From NCBI RefSeq assembly GCF_963921235.1, contig NC_086108.1, forward strand, positions 34,164,001-34,228,000: a stretch of DNA of 64,000 nt. Direction: 5' to 3'. The translations under genes and the position numbers were made by a program. This DNA comes from Mobula hypostoma (taxonomy: Eukaryota). The notes below the pieces were generated by a model, which ran no database searches, was not told the origin of the DNA, and saw only the letters and a list, made by a program, of their open reading frames with translations. Positions 12,673-26,435 of this stretch are shown one piece after another. Every line of letters starts with the position of its first letter. Within the stretch, counting starts at the first letter, position 1.

Positions 12673-14785
12673 AGTCTGTTTAAAGTGTTCCTCAGCCCTC
12701 TCGAGACATATGTTCCAGACCATATGAAAATATCTCTCCTCATCTCCCCTTTGACTTCTTCGGTCTATACTTTAAATAATTTGGTTATTGACCAGTTTGC
12801 CAGAAGAAACAGTGTCTCCCAATATCTATCAAGAATTCTCATTATAATGCAAAACTATGTCACCCGTCCCTCTATTCTCTGCCACATTTAGTCTTCCTCT
12901 GAGGCACCTCCTGTGAAAAGACAAGGATTCCAGGTAGATGCTGTGCAGCCTGCAAGGCAACTCAGAAAACAGCTTGAGAAAAACTACAAATGGGACATTT
13001 TCTGCCAGATTTTCTCATGCTTGGCTAGGAAAGCAGCTCAGCTTTGCCCAGTGCATCAGTTTCATGGTCCAGCTGAGACACATGCCTTGCCTCATTTACA
13101 GCTGTGGAGATTATCGCATTTCCTGTCAACAGCCAATGGTCCACAAAAGAATTAGTGCGTTATTCATAGAAAAACAACTGATGGTTGCTGCAATTCACAG
13201 CAAATCAAACTGGCCATTTAACCCTGACTTCCTGTTTGGTATTCTGAAGAAGTGTAACAGGAAGAATTTCTGATAAAGGAACTTTGATCAAAAATGTTAA
13301 CTTTTTTACTCTTCCCAGAGATTTCAGCATTTTCTGTTTTGATTTTCCACCATTTGTAGCTTATTCTGATTTTAAACACAGAGTTTACCCGTTTTAAAAA
13401 GCACACGTCAGCCAACTCTCATTGTGTTATTAAGACGTATTTACCACCATATCCCAGCCATTCACATTTATCAAACAGTACCCTGTGTTGGGAAACCTGT
13501 ATTACTGTGTGGCAGTACAACAGGAGTCAAATACTCAGGTACCGCTTACAACACATTACACACACTGTTGTGTCTACATTTATTCAAAAATAAGCTGGTA
13601 CTTGTGGTTCACTCTCTCTATCAATTAGAGAGGAAAGTGATTACCTGACCCAGCAGTAGCCACAGAAATAGAAGCGAAATCCAGCTATCCTTTTCTTTCT
13701 TTCTTGGTTCCCTTTCTTCCTCATTGTCTCTAAAAGACAACACATTAATTGGATTGGGATGAGATGTGCCTAACATTATAGATTTGTCATTGAATCTGCA
13801 AAGTATAAATTTTAAATCTACACCAAAGATGCTTTTCAGAATAATAAGGAAGTTTCCCAAAGATGAGAGTGACCACTTTTGGAAATAATTACCACTAAAC
13901 TAGCCTAGATTTTAGTTGGTGAAGCTGTTGAAATTGTTACGTTTCTCAGCAGTGGTGCTGAGAAGCTTTAGAATTCTTCCATGAATAGGGAAGACCTGAA
14001 TTTACTGGCACAGCATCACAGGCCCCTTCCTCAGCTCCCACATCCATGTCCCAAGGCATCAGCTTGTCGAAATCGTCCAGCCCTTCTGCCAGAGAATCTG
14101 CTCTTGGCTCCTGTACTAAGTTGGACATCAGACACAATCCATGAGCCCATTCGTTTTAATCAGGAATGCAGGGCTACATAAAATAGGTTGTAATTTTTTA
14201 ATTAAATACACTTTAAGTTTTTTTTTTATTTGTCAGCTATTTTAATTTGTCTTCTAGTTCTTGTAATGTTTCCAGGTGTCAGAGGCCTTTATAAAGGTCT
14301 AGAGTCTTTGACAGTTTTAACATTTGATAATGTTGAGGACAGCTTTGCAAGCTGTTAACAGGCTTCAGAGGGTTTCACAGATTGGGCTTGTTCTGGACCA
14401 TGCAGGCAACTCTATTACGCCCAGCCCTGTTACCCTCAGGGCCTTGCAATTTGACCACTAGATAATCGGGGAAAACAGAATCACCCTTTGGGTAACATCT
14501 TGAGAATGCCCTCCATTCAGGAAAATGAGTATGATTTTACTCTAAGGGTGCTAAACAACTTGTATCAATATGCCCACCACAATGTAGGGTACATTCACCA
14601 AGACCGGAGGAGCAAAATATTCATATGTAAAATCTTCTAGTGCACTGTCAACATAAGGAGTGAGACAACAAGGTGATACTGAATATGTGTTAAGGTTTGT
14701 ATCAGCTCAGTGTCAGGCAGATCTTCAATTCTGCAGTTGTTGTCCGCTATGCAAATAGAGGAACATGTACATAGTGGGTCTGAAA

Positions 14786-16335
14786 GATTAGATTAGATTA
14801 GATTATGAGGACACTAAGTCCTCATTTATTGTCATTTAGAAATGCATGCATTAAGAAATGATACAATGTTCCTCCAGTACGATATCACAGAAACACGGGA
14901 CAGACCAAAACTAAAACTGACAAAAACCACATAATTATAACATAGAGTGTTACGTAACTGGCAACAATGAATATCAATCGAGACAGGTTATATAAAAACA
15001 TCCAAACACTTATTAAACACGGATAAGTAATAAAAACAAACAAAAACCTTAACTGGAAGTTAACCACTATGCGGCCGTTCAACAAACCATCACTCGCTAC
15101 TGGTTCTTAAAGCGTTAAATGCGAAAACAGTTCTTAAAGCGGTAAAGTCAGATACAGTTCTTAAAATGGTAAATTCGAAAGTCCAACAGATTTATATATT
15201 CTATTGGGAGTGACTTCTCTGGAGAAGGATTTCTTCATAGACACGACTTTCCTGTTGGTTCTGTCCAAAGGATTCACAATGCAGGAAATAAACGGCTTAA
15301 AACAACTGACCTTAATTTCTAGAGAGCAAACCTTGCATGAACTACCTTGCTCTTTCAGCAAGAGTTATCTTCGATGCAGGTCGCTACTTCTTCAATGAAG
15401 ACTCAATAAGGTCGATCCTTTGTTAAAACTGCCGAACGATACCAACTTCTCTTAGTCCTTCTGGTCCTGTACTTCGATGAAGTCTTCACTCTCCCATACT
15501 ACTGGAAAAAGGTACATCTACAAATCTAGCGAAATGTCAATCCAGCACTATTGTACCTTGCAATAGAATGTAACACTCCATTTTAAAAATGAAACTGCGT
15601 CAAAAAATAAATACACAACAGAGACAGAGACAGACTAACGTTCTAGCTGGAAAGCTAAAAACTAAAAACTAACTGCGTCATCAGAGGTCTTCCCTTATAT
15701 ACCTGTGGTGAACATGTCATCACGTGACCTCACATCAGCGGAAAAACTACATCAGGTAACCTCCAAAAGACCATTATATCATTCTCACAAGATCTCCTTG
15801 AGGTATGTAACAATGGTTACAACAATGCAAAGCAATACCATAATTTGATAAAGTGCAGACCATGGGCACGGTAAAAAAAAGTCTCAAAGTCCCGATACCC
15901 CATCATCTCACGCAGATGGTAGAAAGGAGAAACTCTCCCTGCCATGAACCTCCAGCACCACAAACTTGCTGATGTAGCACTCTGGAAGCACCTGACCACA
16001 GCCGACTCTGAGTCTGTCCAAAATCTTTGAGCCTCTGACCAGCCCTCCGACACCGTGCACCGAGCAGCATCTCTGCCGAGTGCTTTGACCCCAGCGCCGG
16101 CCACCGAGCAACAAGCAAAGCTGAGAACTCGGGGGCCTTCCCCTCCTGAGATTCAGGATTACACAGTAGCAGTGGCAGCGAAGCAGGCATTTCAGAAGTT
16201 TCACCAGATGTTCCTCTGTGCTCTCATGTCTGGCTCCATCAAATCAGGATTGTGCACGGCACCCTACTTGACAGATAACAGATAGTCATCACCGGAGTGG
16301 CCGCTGCGAGCTGCGTTGCGCCGCCATCTTCTCCA
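14786..16335 (-). mobile_element. Non-autonomous LINE-derived element, copy A, split by a solo LTR
   Basis: Homologous to 29456-30141 and 32118-32560. 5' end GGAGAAGATGGCG; 3' (AATCT)n tail after AATAAA. Confidence 0.85.
14948..15812 (-). mobile_element. Solo LTR (Gypsy-like), 865 bp
   Basis: TGTTAC...GTAACA inverted termini. It cleanly interrupts copy A relative to copies B and C. Degenerate 4-bp TSD (AGAG/ATGG versus consensus ATAG). TATATAA on the minus strand near 15697. Confidence 0.8.
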
Positions 16336-18090
16336 CATTAGTCAGAATTGCATGTAGACAATGTGGGGCAAATTACATGGGAAAACATATTGGAGAGGGC
16401 ATTAGCTCAACAGCAGTCGCCAAATTCCACAAGTGTACAGTTCATGCTGATCATGCTTTCTGATGTGCTTCAATCATTGCGAGCAGTCACAAGCAGGTGA
16501 GATAGCACAAGGTTTAAAAAGAGCTTGGGTCCTTTGCGATCTCTGAGGCACTTGGCAGGGGCCAATAAAAAGAAGTGAGGTGTAAGTGGAGCGGCCATTG
16601 TGTGAGTAGGCCAGTGTTAGAGTGGTCAGGCTTTGACTCAACAGCCATGGCAAGAACAGGCACAGGTTAGAAGTTAAGCTTGAGAAGTCAGAGGTACAAG
16701 AAGTATAGGAAGGATGGTAGTTAAGGCAGTGGAATGCTCCGCCTGTAGGATGTAGCAATGTAGGTTACCTAACAGTCTCCCTGATGACTACATCTGTGTG
16801 AGGTGTACCAAAGTTCAGATTCAGAAAGACAAGGGTCCAGGATGTCTCAGAGCAACTGTAGAAGGTTCTCAAGAGGGAAGGTTAGCAGCTAGAGTTCATG
16901 ATGCACATTGACACAAATGACATAGGTAGAAAGGGGGAGAAGGTCATGCATGGTGTGTATAGTCAGTAAGAGAAGGCGCTGAAGAGCAGGATCTGTAAGG
17001 TAGTATTCTCTGGATTACTCCCAGTAGCATGCACAAGTCAGGGCAAGAACAGGATGATAGTACAGATGAATGAGTGGCTGACCTACTGGTGCAGTGGACA
17101 GGGTCTCAGATTTCTGGACCATTGGGGTCTCTTCTGGGGAAGATATGACCTGTACAAAGAAGGAAGGTTTATACTTAAACCTGAACGGGACAAATATCCT
17201 TGTTGGTAGGTTTCTTGGAGCCGCTGGGGCAAGTTCAAATTATTTTGGTGGTTGGTGGGGGAGGGGAACTAGAATGATAGGGCTAAGGATGGGACAGTTG
17301 GTAAACAGTCAATGTACTGTGTAGTGAGTACTGAGTAAAGAAGGACAGGCAGATGTTTAGGGAAAACTGCAGTCTGGGATGAGATGAAGTGTAAGATGGT
17401 AAAATTGAAAAGGGCAATGAATACAGGACTGAAGGTGTTATATTTCAATGCATGCAGCATATGGAATAAGGTAGATGATCTTGTAGTGCAGTAGGAGATT
17501 GGCAGGTATGAAGTGGGTATCACAGAGTTGTGGCTGAAAGAAGATCATAGTTGGAATACTCATTGTATCAAAAGGACAAGCAGGTGGGAAGAGGCAGGGG
17601 GTGGAGTGGCTCTGTTGGTAAAAAAATGAAATCAAGCCTTTAGAAAGAAGAAACATAGGATTGGAAGGTGTAGGATCCTTCTGGGCAGAGTTGAGATATT
17701 CAAGAGTAAAAAGACCCTGTTAGGAGTTATATTCAGGACTCTGAACTGTAGCCAGGATAAGGGGTATAAATTACAATGGGAAAAGGGCAATATGATGATA
17801 ATTATGGGGAATTTCAATATTCAGGTAGATTGGGAAAATCAGGTTGGTGTTGTACCCTGATAGGGAATTTGTAGAATGCCTGCAAGATGGTTTTTTAGAG
17901 CAGCTGGTGGTTGAGCCCACTAGCAGGAAAGGCTTGTCTGGATTGGGTGTTGAACCAGGGAGCTTAAGGTAAAGGAATCCATAAGAGACAGTAATCCTTG
18001 ATAGAATTCAACCTGCAATTTGAGAAGGAGAAGAAAAACAATCAAATGTATCTGTATTACAGTAGAGCAAAAGGAATTACAGGGCATGAG

Positions 18091-20130
18091 AGAAACATAG
18101 AAACATAGAAACATAGAAAATAGGTGCAGGAGTAGGCCATTCGGCCCTTCGAGCCTGCACCGCCATTTATTATGATCATGGCTGATCATCCAACTCAGAA
18201 CCCAGCCTTCCCTCCATACCCCCTGACCCCTGTAGCCACAAGGGCCATATCTAACTTCCTTTTAAACATAGCTAATGAACTGGCCTCAACAGTTTGCTGT
18301 GGCAGAGAATTCCACAGATTCACCACTCTCTGTGTGAAGAAGTTTTTCCTAACCTCGGTCCTAAAAGGCTTCCCCTCTATCCTCAAACTGTGACCCCTCG
18401 TTCTAGACCTCCCCAACATCGGGAACAATCTTCCTGCATCTAGCCTGTCCAATCCCTTTAGGATCTTATACGTTTCAATCAGATCCCCCCTCAATCTTCT
18501 AAATTCCAACGAGTACAAGCCCAGTTCATCCAGTCTTTCTTCATATGAAAGACCTGCCATCCCAGGAATCAATCTGGTGAACCTTCTTTGTACTCCCTCT
18601 ATGGCAAAGATGTCTTTCCTCAGATTAGGGGACCAAAACTGCACACAATACTCCAGGTGTGGTCTCACCAAGGCCTTGTACAACTGCAGTAGTACCTCCC
18701 TGCTCCTGTACTCGAATCCTCTCGCTATAAATGCCAGCATACCGTTCGCCTTTTTCACCGCCTGCTGTACCTGCATGCCCACTTTCAATGACTGGTGTAT
18801 AATGACACCCAGGTCTCGTTGCACCTCCCCTTTTCCTAATCGGCCACCATTCAGATAATAATCTGTTTTCCTATTTTTGCCACCAAAGTGGATAACTTCA
18901 CATTTATCCACATTAAATTGCATCTGCCATGAGTTTGCCCACTCACCCAACCTATCCAAGTCACCCTGCATCCTCTTAGCATCCTCCTCACTGCTAACAC
19001 TGCCACCCAGCTTCGTGTCATCCGCAAACTTGGAGATGCTGCATTTAATTCCCTCATCCAAGTCATTAATATATATTGTAAACAACTGGGGTCCCAGCAC
19101 TGAGCCTTGCGGTACCCCACTAGTCACCGCCTGCCATTCTGAAAAGGTCCCGTTTATTCCCACTCTTTGCTTCCTGTCTGCTAACCAATTCTCCACCCAC
19201 ACCAATACCTTACCCCCAATACCGTGTGCTTTAAGTTTGCACACTAATCTCCTATGTGGGACCTTGTCAAAAGCCTTTTGAAAATCCAAATATACCACAT
19301 CCACTGGTTCTCCCCTATCCACTCTACTAGTTACATCCTCAAAAAATTCTATGAGATTCGTCAGACATGATTTTCCTTTCACAAATCCATGCTGACTTTG
19401 TCCGATCATTTCACCGCTTTCCAAATGTGCTGTTATCACATCCTTGATAACTGACTCCAGCAGTTTCCCCACCACCGACGTTAGGCTAACCGGCCTATAA
19501 TTCCCCGGTTTCTCTCTCCCTCCTTTTTTAAAAAGTGGGGTTACATTAGCCACCCTCCAATCCTCAGGAACTAGTCCAGAATCTAACGAGTTTTGAAAAA
19601 TTATCACTAATGCATCCACTATTTCTTGGGCCACTTCCTTAAGCACTCTGGGATGCAGACCATCTGGCCCTGGGGATTTATCTGCCTTCAATCCCTTCAA
19701 TTTACCTAACACCACTTCCCTACTAACATGTATTTCGCTCAGTTCCTCCATCTCACTGGACCCTCTGTCCCTTACTATTTCTGGAAGATTATTTATGTCC
19801 TCCTTAGTGAAGACAGAACCAAAGTAATTATTCAATTGGTCTGCCATGTCCTTGCTCCCCATAATCAATTCACCTGTTTCTGTTTGCAGGGGACCTACAT
19901 TTGTCTTTATCAGTCTTTTCCTTTTTACATATCTATAAAAGCTTTTACAGTCCGTTTTTATGTTCTCTGCCAGTTTTCTCTCATAATCTTTTTTCCCCTT
20001 CCTAATTAAGCCCTTTGTCCTCCTCTGCTGAACTCTGAATTTCTCCCAGTCCTCAGGTGAGCCACTTTCTCTGGCTAATTTGTATGCTACTTCTTTGGAA
20101 TTGATACTATCCCTAATTTCTCTTGTCAGC
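18091..20130 (-). mobile_element. Young 5'-truncated CR1 (HER1-like) LINE, copy 1
   Basis: Uninterrupted RT frame and a (CTATGTTT)n 3' tail. Nearly identical to copy 2. Confidence 0.97.
18195..20130 (-). CDS. CR1 ORF2 reverse transcriptase, 5'-truncated, open frame
   Basis: Motifs KSPGPDG, NYRPVSLTS, QHGF, YLDFQKAFD, GVPQGSVLGP and KFADD. The ORF track's N-terminal ~15 aa come from flanking DNA. Confidence 0.93.
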
Positions 20131-20730
20131 TGGCCAAAGTTGATTGGAAGAGACACTATCAGGAATGATGGCAGCACATGCAGGATTCCCTAAAGGCTAA
20201 CTTGCTGGTTGAATAGGTGTTGAGGAAGGCAAATACAATGTTAGCACTGGTTGCAAAAGGACTAGAATATAAGAGCAAGGATGCAATGCTGAGGCTTTGT
20301 AAACCAATGGTCAGACCACACTTGGAGTATTGTGAGCAGTTTTGGGCCCTTTAAGAAAAGATATGCTGGCATTGGAGACAGTCCAGAGGAGGCTCATAAG
20401 AATGCTCCTGGGAATTAAAGGGTTAATGTATTAGTAGTGTTTCATGGCTCTGGGCCTGTTCTTGCTGGAATTTAGAAGAATTAAGGGGGACCTCATTGAA
20501 ACCTATCGAATATTGAAAGGCCTAGATAGAATGGATGTGGAGAGGATGCTTCCTATAGTGGGTGAGTCTAGGACCGGAGGGCACAGGCTCAGAATAGAGG
20601 GACATCCATTTAGAACAGAGAATTTCTTCAGCCAGAGGGTGGTGAATCTGTGGAATTCATTGCCACAGATGGCTGTCATGGCCATGTCATTGACTATGCT
20701 TAAAGCAGAGATTATGAGGTTCTTGACTAG

Positions 20731-21374
20731 TGTACTGCTCTCCTTGTGTGTGAAGGAGGAAGTACACAGCAGTAAGCCAGTCTGCAGTCAACTGAACACA
20801 GGAGTCAGGATATGGTGTCCAAGGTGCAGGTACTTTATTTGGGCAGCATGTACACATGCAATTGAATAAAAGCAAAACTGAGAACAAACCAGAAAGATAC
20901 TCCAAGTACTTAATGCAGCAAACATGATGATTAAGCCACACATTCATAAGAAATCAGCAATATATGAAGCTAGACTTAGATGTAAAATATCCAAAAATTG
21001 TACAAAGCATGAGTAAGCAAAATTTTAAAGTATGTGAGAAGATTAATACTATGTAAGCATTTATTAAATTACCAAGGCTGGTCAAATACTATACTAATAA
21101 TTAGGGATAAACTTTTACATATGTTAACACAAAATATTGCTCAAATAGTGTTCTCCTTTATGAACAAAGCTAAAACCAACAGGCGATGGTTTTGATGGTG
21201 CAAACAAGGGAAAGACGACACAGGGTTGTATAAATATGCTTTAGTCTGACTGAAAAACCCCACCAAAACAAAATGGCTGCTCTCGTGTGATCCAACTGAA
21301 TTTCAAATTTTAAGACTGTAACACTATCAGAATGAAAGTCGGTAGGGCTATATTTCAAAATAAAAGCCTGAACA
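20731..21374 (-). mobile_element. Solo LTR (BEL/Pao-like), 644 bp
   Basis: TGT...ACA termini and a perfect 5-bp TSD ACTAG (20726-20730 and 21375-21379). It interrupts the CR1 3' end. AATAAA lies on the minus strand near 20835. Confidence 0.85.
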
Positions 21375-23715
21375 ACTAGTCAGGGTGTCAAAGGTTATGG
21401 GAGAAGGTAAGAGAATGGCGTTGAGATGGGATATTAAATCAACCTGATGGAATGGCGGAGCAGACTCAATGGGCCAATTGGCCTAATTCTGATCTTACAT
21501 CTCTTGGCCTTATGGTCTTTTATCATGACATCAATGAATGTGCAAGGCAGATATTGCTAAACACTTCTTTTGGAGTTCGACATTCCAGCTAACCGTGTCT
21601 TGGTGACCTCGCTATGCTGAGCTCATCAATGGCTATAGAAAAACCCTCTTCAATTGTGCTATTCAAAGAGATCTTTGACCATTTACAGATTCATCATTGA
21701 TTTTTTTTTTGCAGCTGTCATTGAGATTGTACAAGTATTTCCTATTTTTTGTAGGTGTTTAAGTTGCTTAAATCCATAGGAAGTTACGTGGCAGGTGTTG
21801 AGATGTCTTTGCCTCAGCGCTGCCTTCTGCACCAACTTAGATTTTCTCCTGACAAAGGCACCCTGCCCGGGTTTCCTCTCGGAATACAGCAGGGTAGAAT
21901 AGGAAGTGCTATTCGGAAAAGGAAGTGAAATAAGCGCAGAAGTATCCTCAGGAGGAGACCATATCTGCTCTACGGATTCAGTTAAATGATGATAACAGGG
22001 ATGAATGGTTAATGAGATGATGCTCCAAAGTCTTCACTCAAATCATACATTACTACCCATTGTTGGAGTGCCAGAGCGGGGATAGGACTGCAATGGCATT
22101 GCCCACTGTGGTGCTGAACAATTATTCTTGTGACTCCTTCCCAGAGATGGAGCTATTCGTGTCTGCTCAGAGTTTAGTGGTTTCTGTTGTGCATGGGAAT
22201 CACTCCAACCGATTGCTCAATACGAGGTAAATATGGGATGATCCTTCTGCTCCCAATCTGGTGATAAAGTTATTGTTCCGTGTGACGGAATCTAACATTA
22301 ATAACGCGGTTGGCGATGTAGGCAAGTGATTTGATCTTCCACTCACAAATGGAATGATGTACTCTTCCATGCACTGGACCAGTGCATCACTGTTGATTTG
22401 TGCATGGCAAAAAAGGGCCTTGTCCAGTTGGGTGTCATTTGCCATGACATTGATTACTCTAATTGGAAAGAGATGAGACTATTAGTTTGCAAGGCTAAGT
22501 GACTTGTCTATTTGGCTCTAGAAAACTATTCTCAGATGCCAAAGGACCAGTATTTGATGCTACTTTGGCGTTTTGTTTTAGCATGACAAAACAAAATGCC
22601 ACAGGGCATTCATTAGTTTTGAAAACTAAGTATCTCATTTAAGCAGCATACAAATCCTTCAATGCTGTGAATGATCTATGAAAGGTAAAATAGCCATACA
22701 TTTGTAATCTGTGAATCGAAGAAGACCAAAAATTTAAAACCTTATAATACACTTCCCTTGTTTCTGATTGACAGAGCTCTTGTTGTGGTTAAGAATTGTG
22801 ATTACACAAATTTAAAATAAGGGGAATGCACATTGATGCTGTTTTCCAAGAATGCTCTGTAAGGTACCATACTGTGAGGGAAAAAATACTGGAAAATCAT
22901 GATTCCCATTGTGTTTCAGTCAAAGTTGTGGAAAACACCCAGTCTTTCATGTACATCCATACTGTAGTGAACAAATTGTTTCTTTTCTTTGCCTCTTTTG
23001 TTAGAGCCAGGAGGCAACCTTACTCTCAAGCAGGTAAAATCCAATGAAGTTATCAACCTGCAGGAGGATTATTAGTAAATGAATTTGTGTCCTCTGATTC
23101 TTCCTCCAGCCGCCCTTTACTAGGGAAACTGCTTTTCGGGAGATGTTTCAAGTTTTGGAAGGTTCTTACAGTGACAAAGGCCAGACAGCACACTGTCACC
23201 TTCAGAAGTTCAGGCAGAAGATGGCATATCAACCAGTGGGTTTGCATTGCCACGCAGTGCTGCCCATGGAAGATGGAGTGAGAAGGCCATGGTTCACAAA
23301 GGAGGCAATTGGACAAATACTTGAAGTAATCAACAATAACCCCAGCCACGCTGAATAGCATAGATTGAAGATGTCCATATCACTAAATTTCATTGCTTCA
23401 GGCTCTTTTTGGTCAGGGGATGGGTTGCACAGAGTGCAGTCAGAATCTCCACTGGCCAAATAATAGGGTGATATTCAGCCTAGAGCAAGAGACAAAGGCA
23501 CTTGTTTCACAGTTAAGACCTAAATGTTTGCAACAAATTGCACATGCTTCTAAATTATTGTGAGTTGTATCTTAAACAAATCTTGAACATACACTGTATG
23601 AAATGTTTCATTGAAAAATTAAGCAATTCATAAAGCAATTCTTGTCTTTACTACAAAGGCAAGCAAACAATAATGACCATTAATGAATGCCAAATACCTA
23701 ATACTTTATTTTGAT

Positions 23716-24186
23716 TTGTTGAGTCGCTAAGTCGAGCACAACTCTTCATGACCTCACGGACTCATACACACCAAGCCTTCTTGTTGGAAACTGCCTAAGA
23801 TCCCCCAAGGTCATGTGCATTGTCTGAGTAATATTATCTATCCATTGTAGCCTCTGTGGTCGTTGCTTTCTTTTATCTTCTGTTTAACCTAACATGAGAG
23901 TCTTCTCCAAGGAATCCTGTCTTCTCATGATGTGGCCAAAATATTTGAGCTTTTATCTCATAATCAAGCCTCCTAGTGAGCAGTCTGGCTGTATTTCTTC
24001 AAGTATTGACTTGCTGGATCTTCTTGCTGTCTAATGAACTCTTAACATTTTCCCTCCAGCATCCAAGTTCAAAGGCATCGATTCTTTCATAATCAGCCTT
24101 ACCAATAGTCCAGCTCTCACAGGCATACATCACAACTGGAAATACCATAGACTTGACTGTACGGATCTTCGTAGACAATGTTATAA
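23716..24186 (-). mobile_element. RTE-clade (BovB-like) LINE 3' fragment
   Basis: ITLSTKIRTVKSMVFPVVMYACESWTIGKADYERIDAFELGCWR resembles the BovB C-terminal region. 3' end CGACTTAGCGACTCAACAA. Confidence 0.85.
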
Positions 24187-25666
24187 AGCATTTTTTTAAA
24201 TGGCTAAAGATAGAGGAGAGACGCACAACACATCCTCCTAATCTCACTATCTCTTTAGTCATTTCGCTACAGTCTGCTCTGTTTCAGTGTGATTGATGGC
24301 CGTGTCTGATGAGGATTACACTGGTATGGCTGGTGCAGAGCAAGCAAGCAAAGTCAGACATCGCGGAGTTTAATTCCCCGAGGCTGCTTGTGGTCAACAC
24401 TAGTCTGTCTCTGCTTGACAAGCTTACTGCAAATTGAATCACTGCAGCCAGAACCAGACTAGTGATGCTGGCTGGCACAGATCATCCAGCAAGCCTCACG
24501 TTCTCTACCTATGCTCACCATCTTATAGAGTTATGGAGCCACAGAATCTACCACATAGAATCAAGCCCTTTGGCCCATGATTCCGATCTAAGATGGTCCC
24601 ACTTGCCTGCAGTTTGTCCAAATCACTCTAAGCTGTTCCTATCCAAGTACCTTTTAAACATTTTTAATTTAACTGCCTCATGCACTTCCTCTGGCTGTTC
24701 ATTCCAAATATGGCTGAGAAGGTTGCCCCTCAGGTTCTTATAAAACTATGCTCTTTAGTTTTTGATTCCTCAACTCTGGGAAGAACACACTGTGCATTCA
24801 TCTTTTCTAGGCTCTTCATTATATTGTACTGTGCATCTCTATAAGATTATTTCTCATTCAGCTGTGCTCTCATAAATAAAGTCCCAGCCTAGTCAACCTC
24901 CCTCTACTGATCAATACCTTGAGCCCTGACAACATCCTTCTGAATCTTTGCTGCACTCTTTCCATCTTAACTGCATCTTTCCTATAGCAGTGTTACCAAA
25001 ATTGAACACAATATTCCAGATGACACCTCACCAATACATTGATGGCCAGTGCCTTCTCCTATCCAAAAAACAAAGTGGAAAGTTTCATCAACCAGGACAC
25101 TGCCAATCATATCTGGGTTTTAATTCCTTCTTTTTATTCTTTCCATATCCTTATTGCCTTCTCCCTGATTCTACAACTCTTATACTGGGGACAATTTACA
25201 GAGGACTACTTATCGCTCATGTGAGAGGATACAGAGTACTGGAGGAACTCCATATGTCACAGGAGGCCATTCAATCTCCACACAGAGAGCACTCAAGGTC
25301 AGGGTTACTGGTAACACATTGGTGCTACGAGGAGGATTGCTATCTTGCAGTACCAGAGACTTCTGTTTAAAACATGCACGCACTCCACTTGCCCTACCTG
25401 GTGACAGACAACAACCGATTGGGGGGTGTTGTCAGGGTCATCCAAGGCATTGCCAAGGCAATCCATTTTGCACATTGGTACATGTTGCAACAATTGTACA
25501 CCGTTTCTAGAGGCTAAACATTTCAGATAGTTGATCAGAGGCGAATCAACCAGACGGTTTCTTTCCTAGATAGTCTTAAGCTTCTTGAGTATTGTCGGAC
25601 ATGGTAAAAAGTTTTTGATATGTCAGGGTGCAGAGGGTGTGCAGCAGAATACCCATTTTCTGACCT

Positions 25667-26120
25667 GTTCCAATCTTCCGACCTTGGACTCATTTTACAC
25701 GGCACGCTGTCAGAGCAGTGCTGCCAGGATAATCAAGGACACGACCCACCCAGCCAACACACTTTTTGTCCCTCTTCCCTCCGGGAGAAGGCTCAGGAGC
25801 TTGAAGACTCTTACGGCCAGATTTGGGAACAACTTCTTTCCAACTGTGATAAGACTGCTGAACGGATCCTGACCCAGATCTGGGCCGTACCCTCCAAATA
25901 TCCGGACCTGCCTCTTGGGTTTTTTGCACTACATTACTTTCCATTTTTCTATTTTCCATTTATGATTTATAATTTAAATTTTTAATATTTACTAATTTTA
26001 CTATTTTTAATATTCAATATTTGTAATCCAGGGATTGTGAAGCGCAGAATCAAATATCGCTGTGATGATTGTACGTTCTATCAATTGTTTGGCGACAATA
26101 AAGTATAAAGTATAAAGTAT
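25667..26120 (+). mobile_element. Young Rex1/Babar LINE 3' fragment
   Basis: Open frame LPTLDSFYTARCQSSAARIIKDTTHPANTLFVPLPSGRRLRSLKT...FFPTVIRLLN and a (TATAAAG)n tail. Confidence 0.85.
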
Positions 26121-26435
26121 TTAGACTCTCTCTTTTTGGAGAACTTCAAAAATAGGACTTGCACATCTGTCCATCCTTGAATATTGTCAAATTTTTGCTT
26201 CTTGCGGGCATTGTGGAGATACTAATTGATGGTTCAGGAGCTCTAGTAAACATATTGGCTCTATTGGGAAAGTCCTGGTGTTTTCTTGGTTAAATTCTAA
26301 TCTCCGGTCTAGATTCACTTTGCACTGCAAAAGTCATTAATGTTTCAACATTAATGCAAGTACAATGTCAGGTACGGTGAAAGCAACGTTTGAGAACTGA
26401 AGTGCATCACATTGTCCTGAAATGATTTTTGTAAA

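Larger units (their letters stand above)
16550..21520 (+). mobile_element. Old, internally deleted near-full-length CR1 hosting two younger insertions
   Basis: Remnants of the ORF1 zinc finger (AVECSAC...DDYICVRC), esterase (MHIDTNDIG), APE (LYFNACSI, MGNFN) and the RT C-terminus (20444..20869). The sequence resumes across both insertions. Confidence 0.8.

Noticed and set aside
13645..13729. 85-nt minus-strand exon candidate (also 6822-6857, 60983-61033 and 63743-63766)
   Set aside because: The splice signals are plausible, but such matches are expected by chance in 64 kb and the peptides are unrecognised.
22200..23480. Large coding exons or an endogenous viral gene in the unique island
   Set aside because: All frames I read are interrupted by stops, and I recognise no homology.
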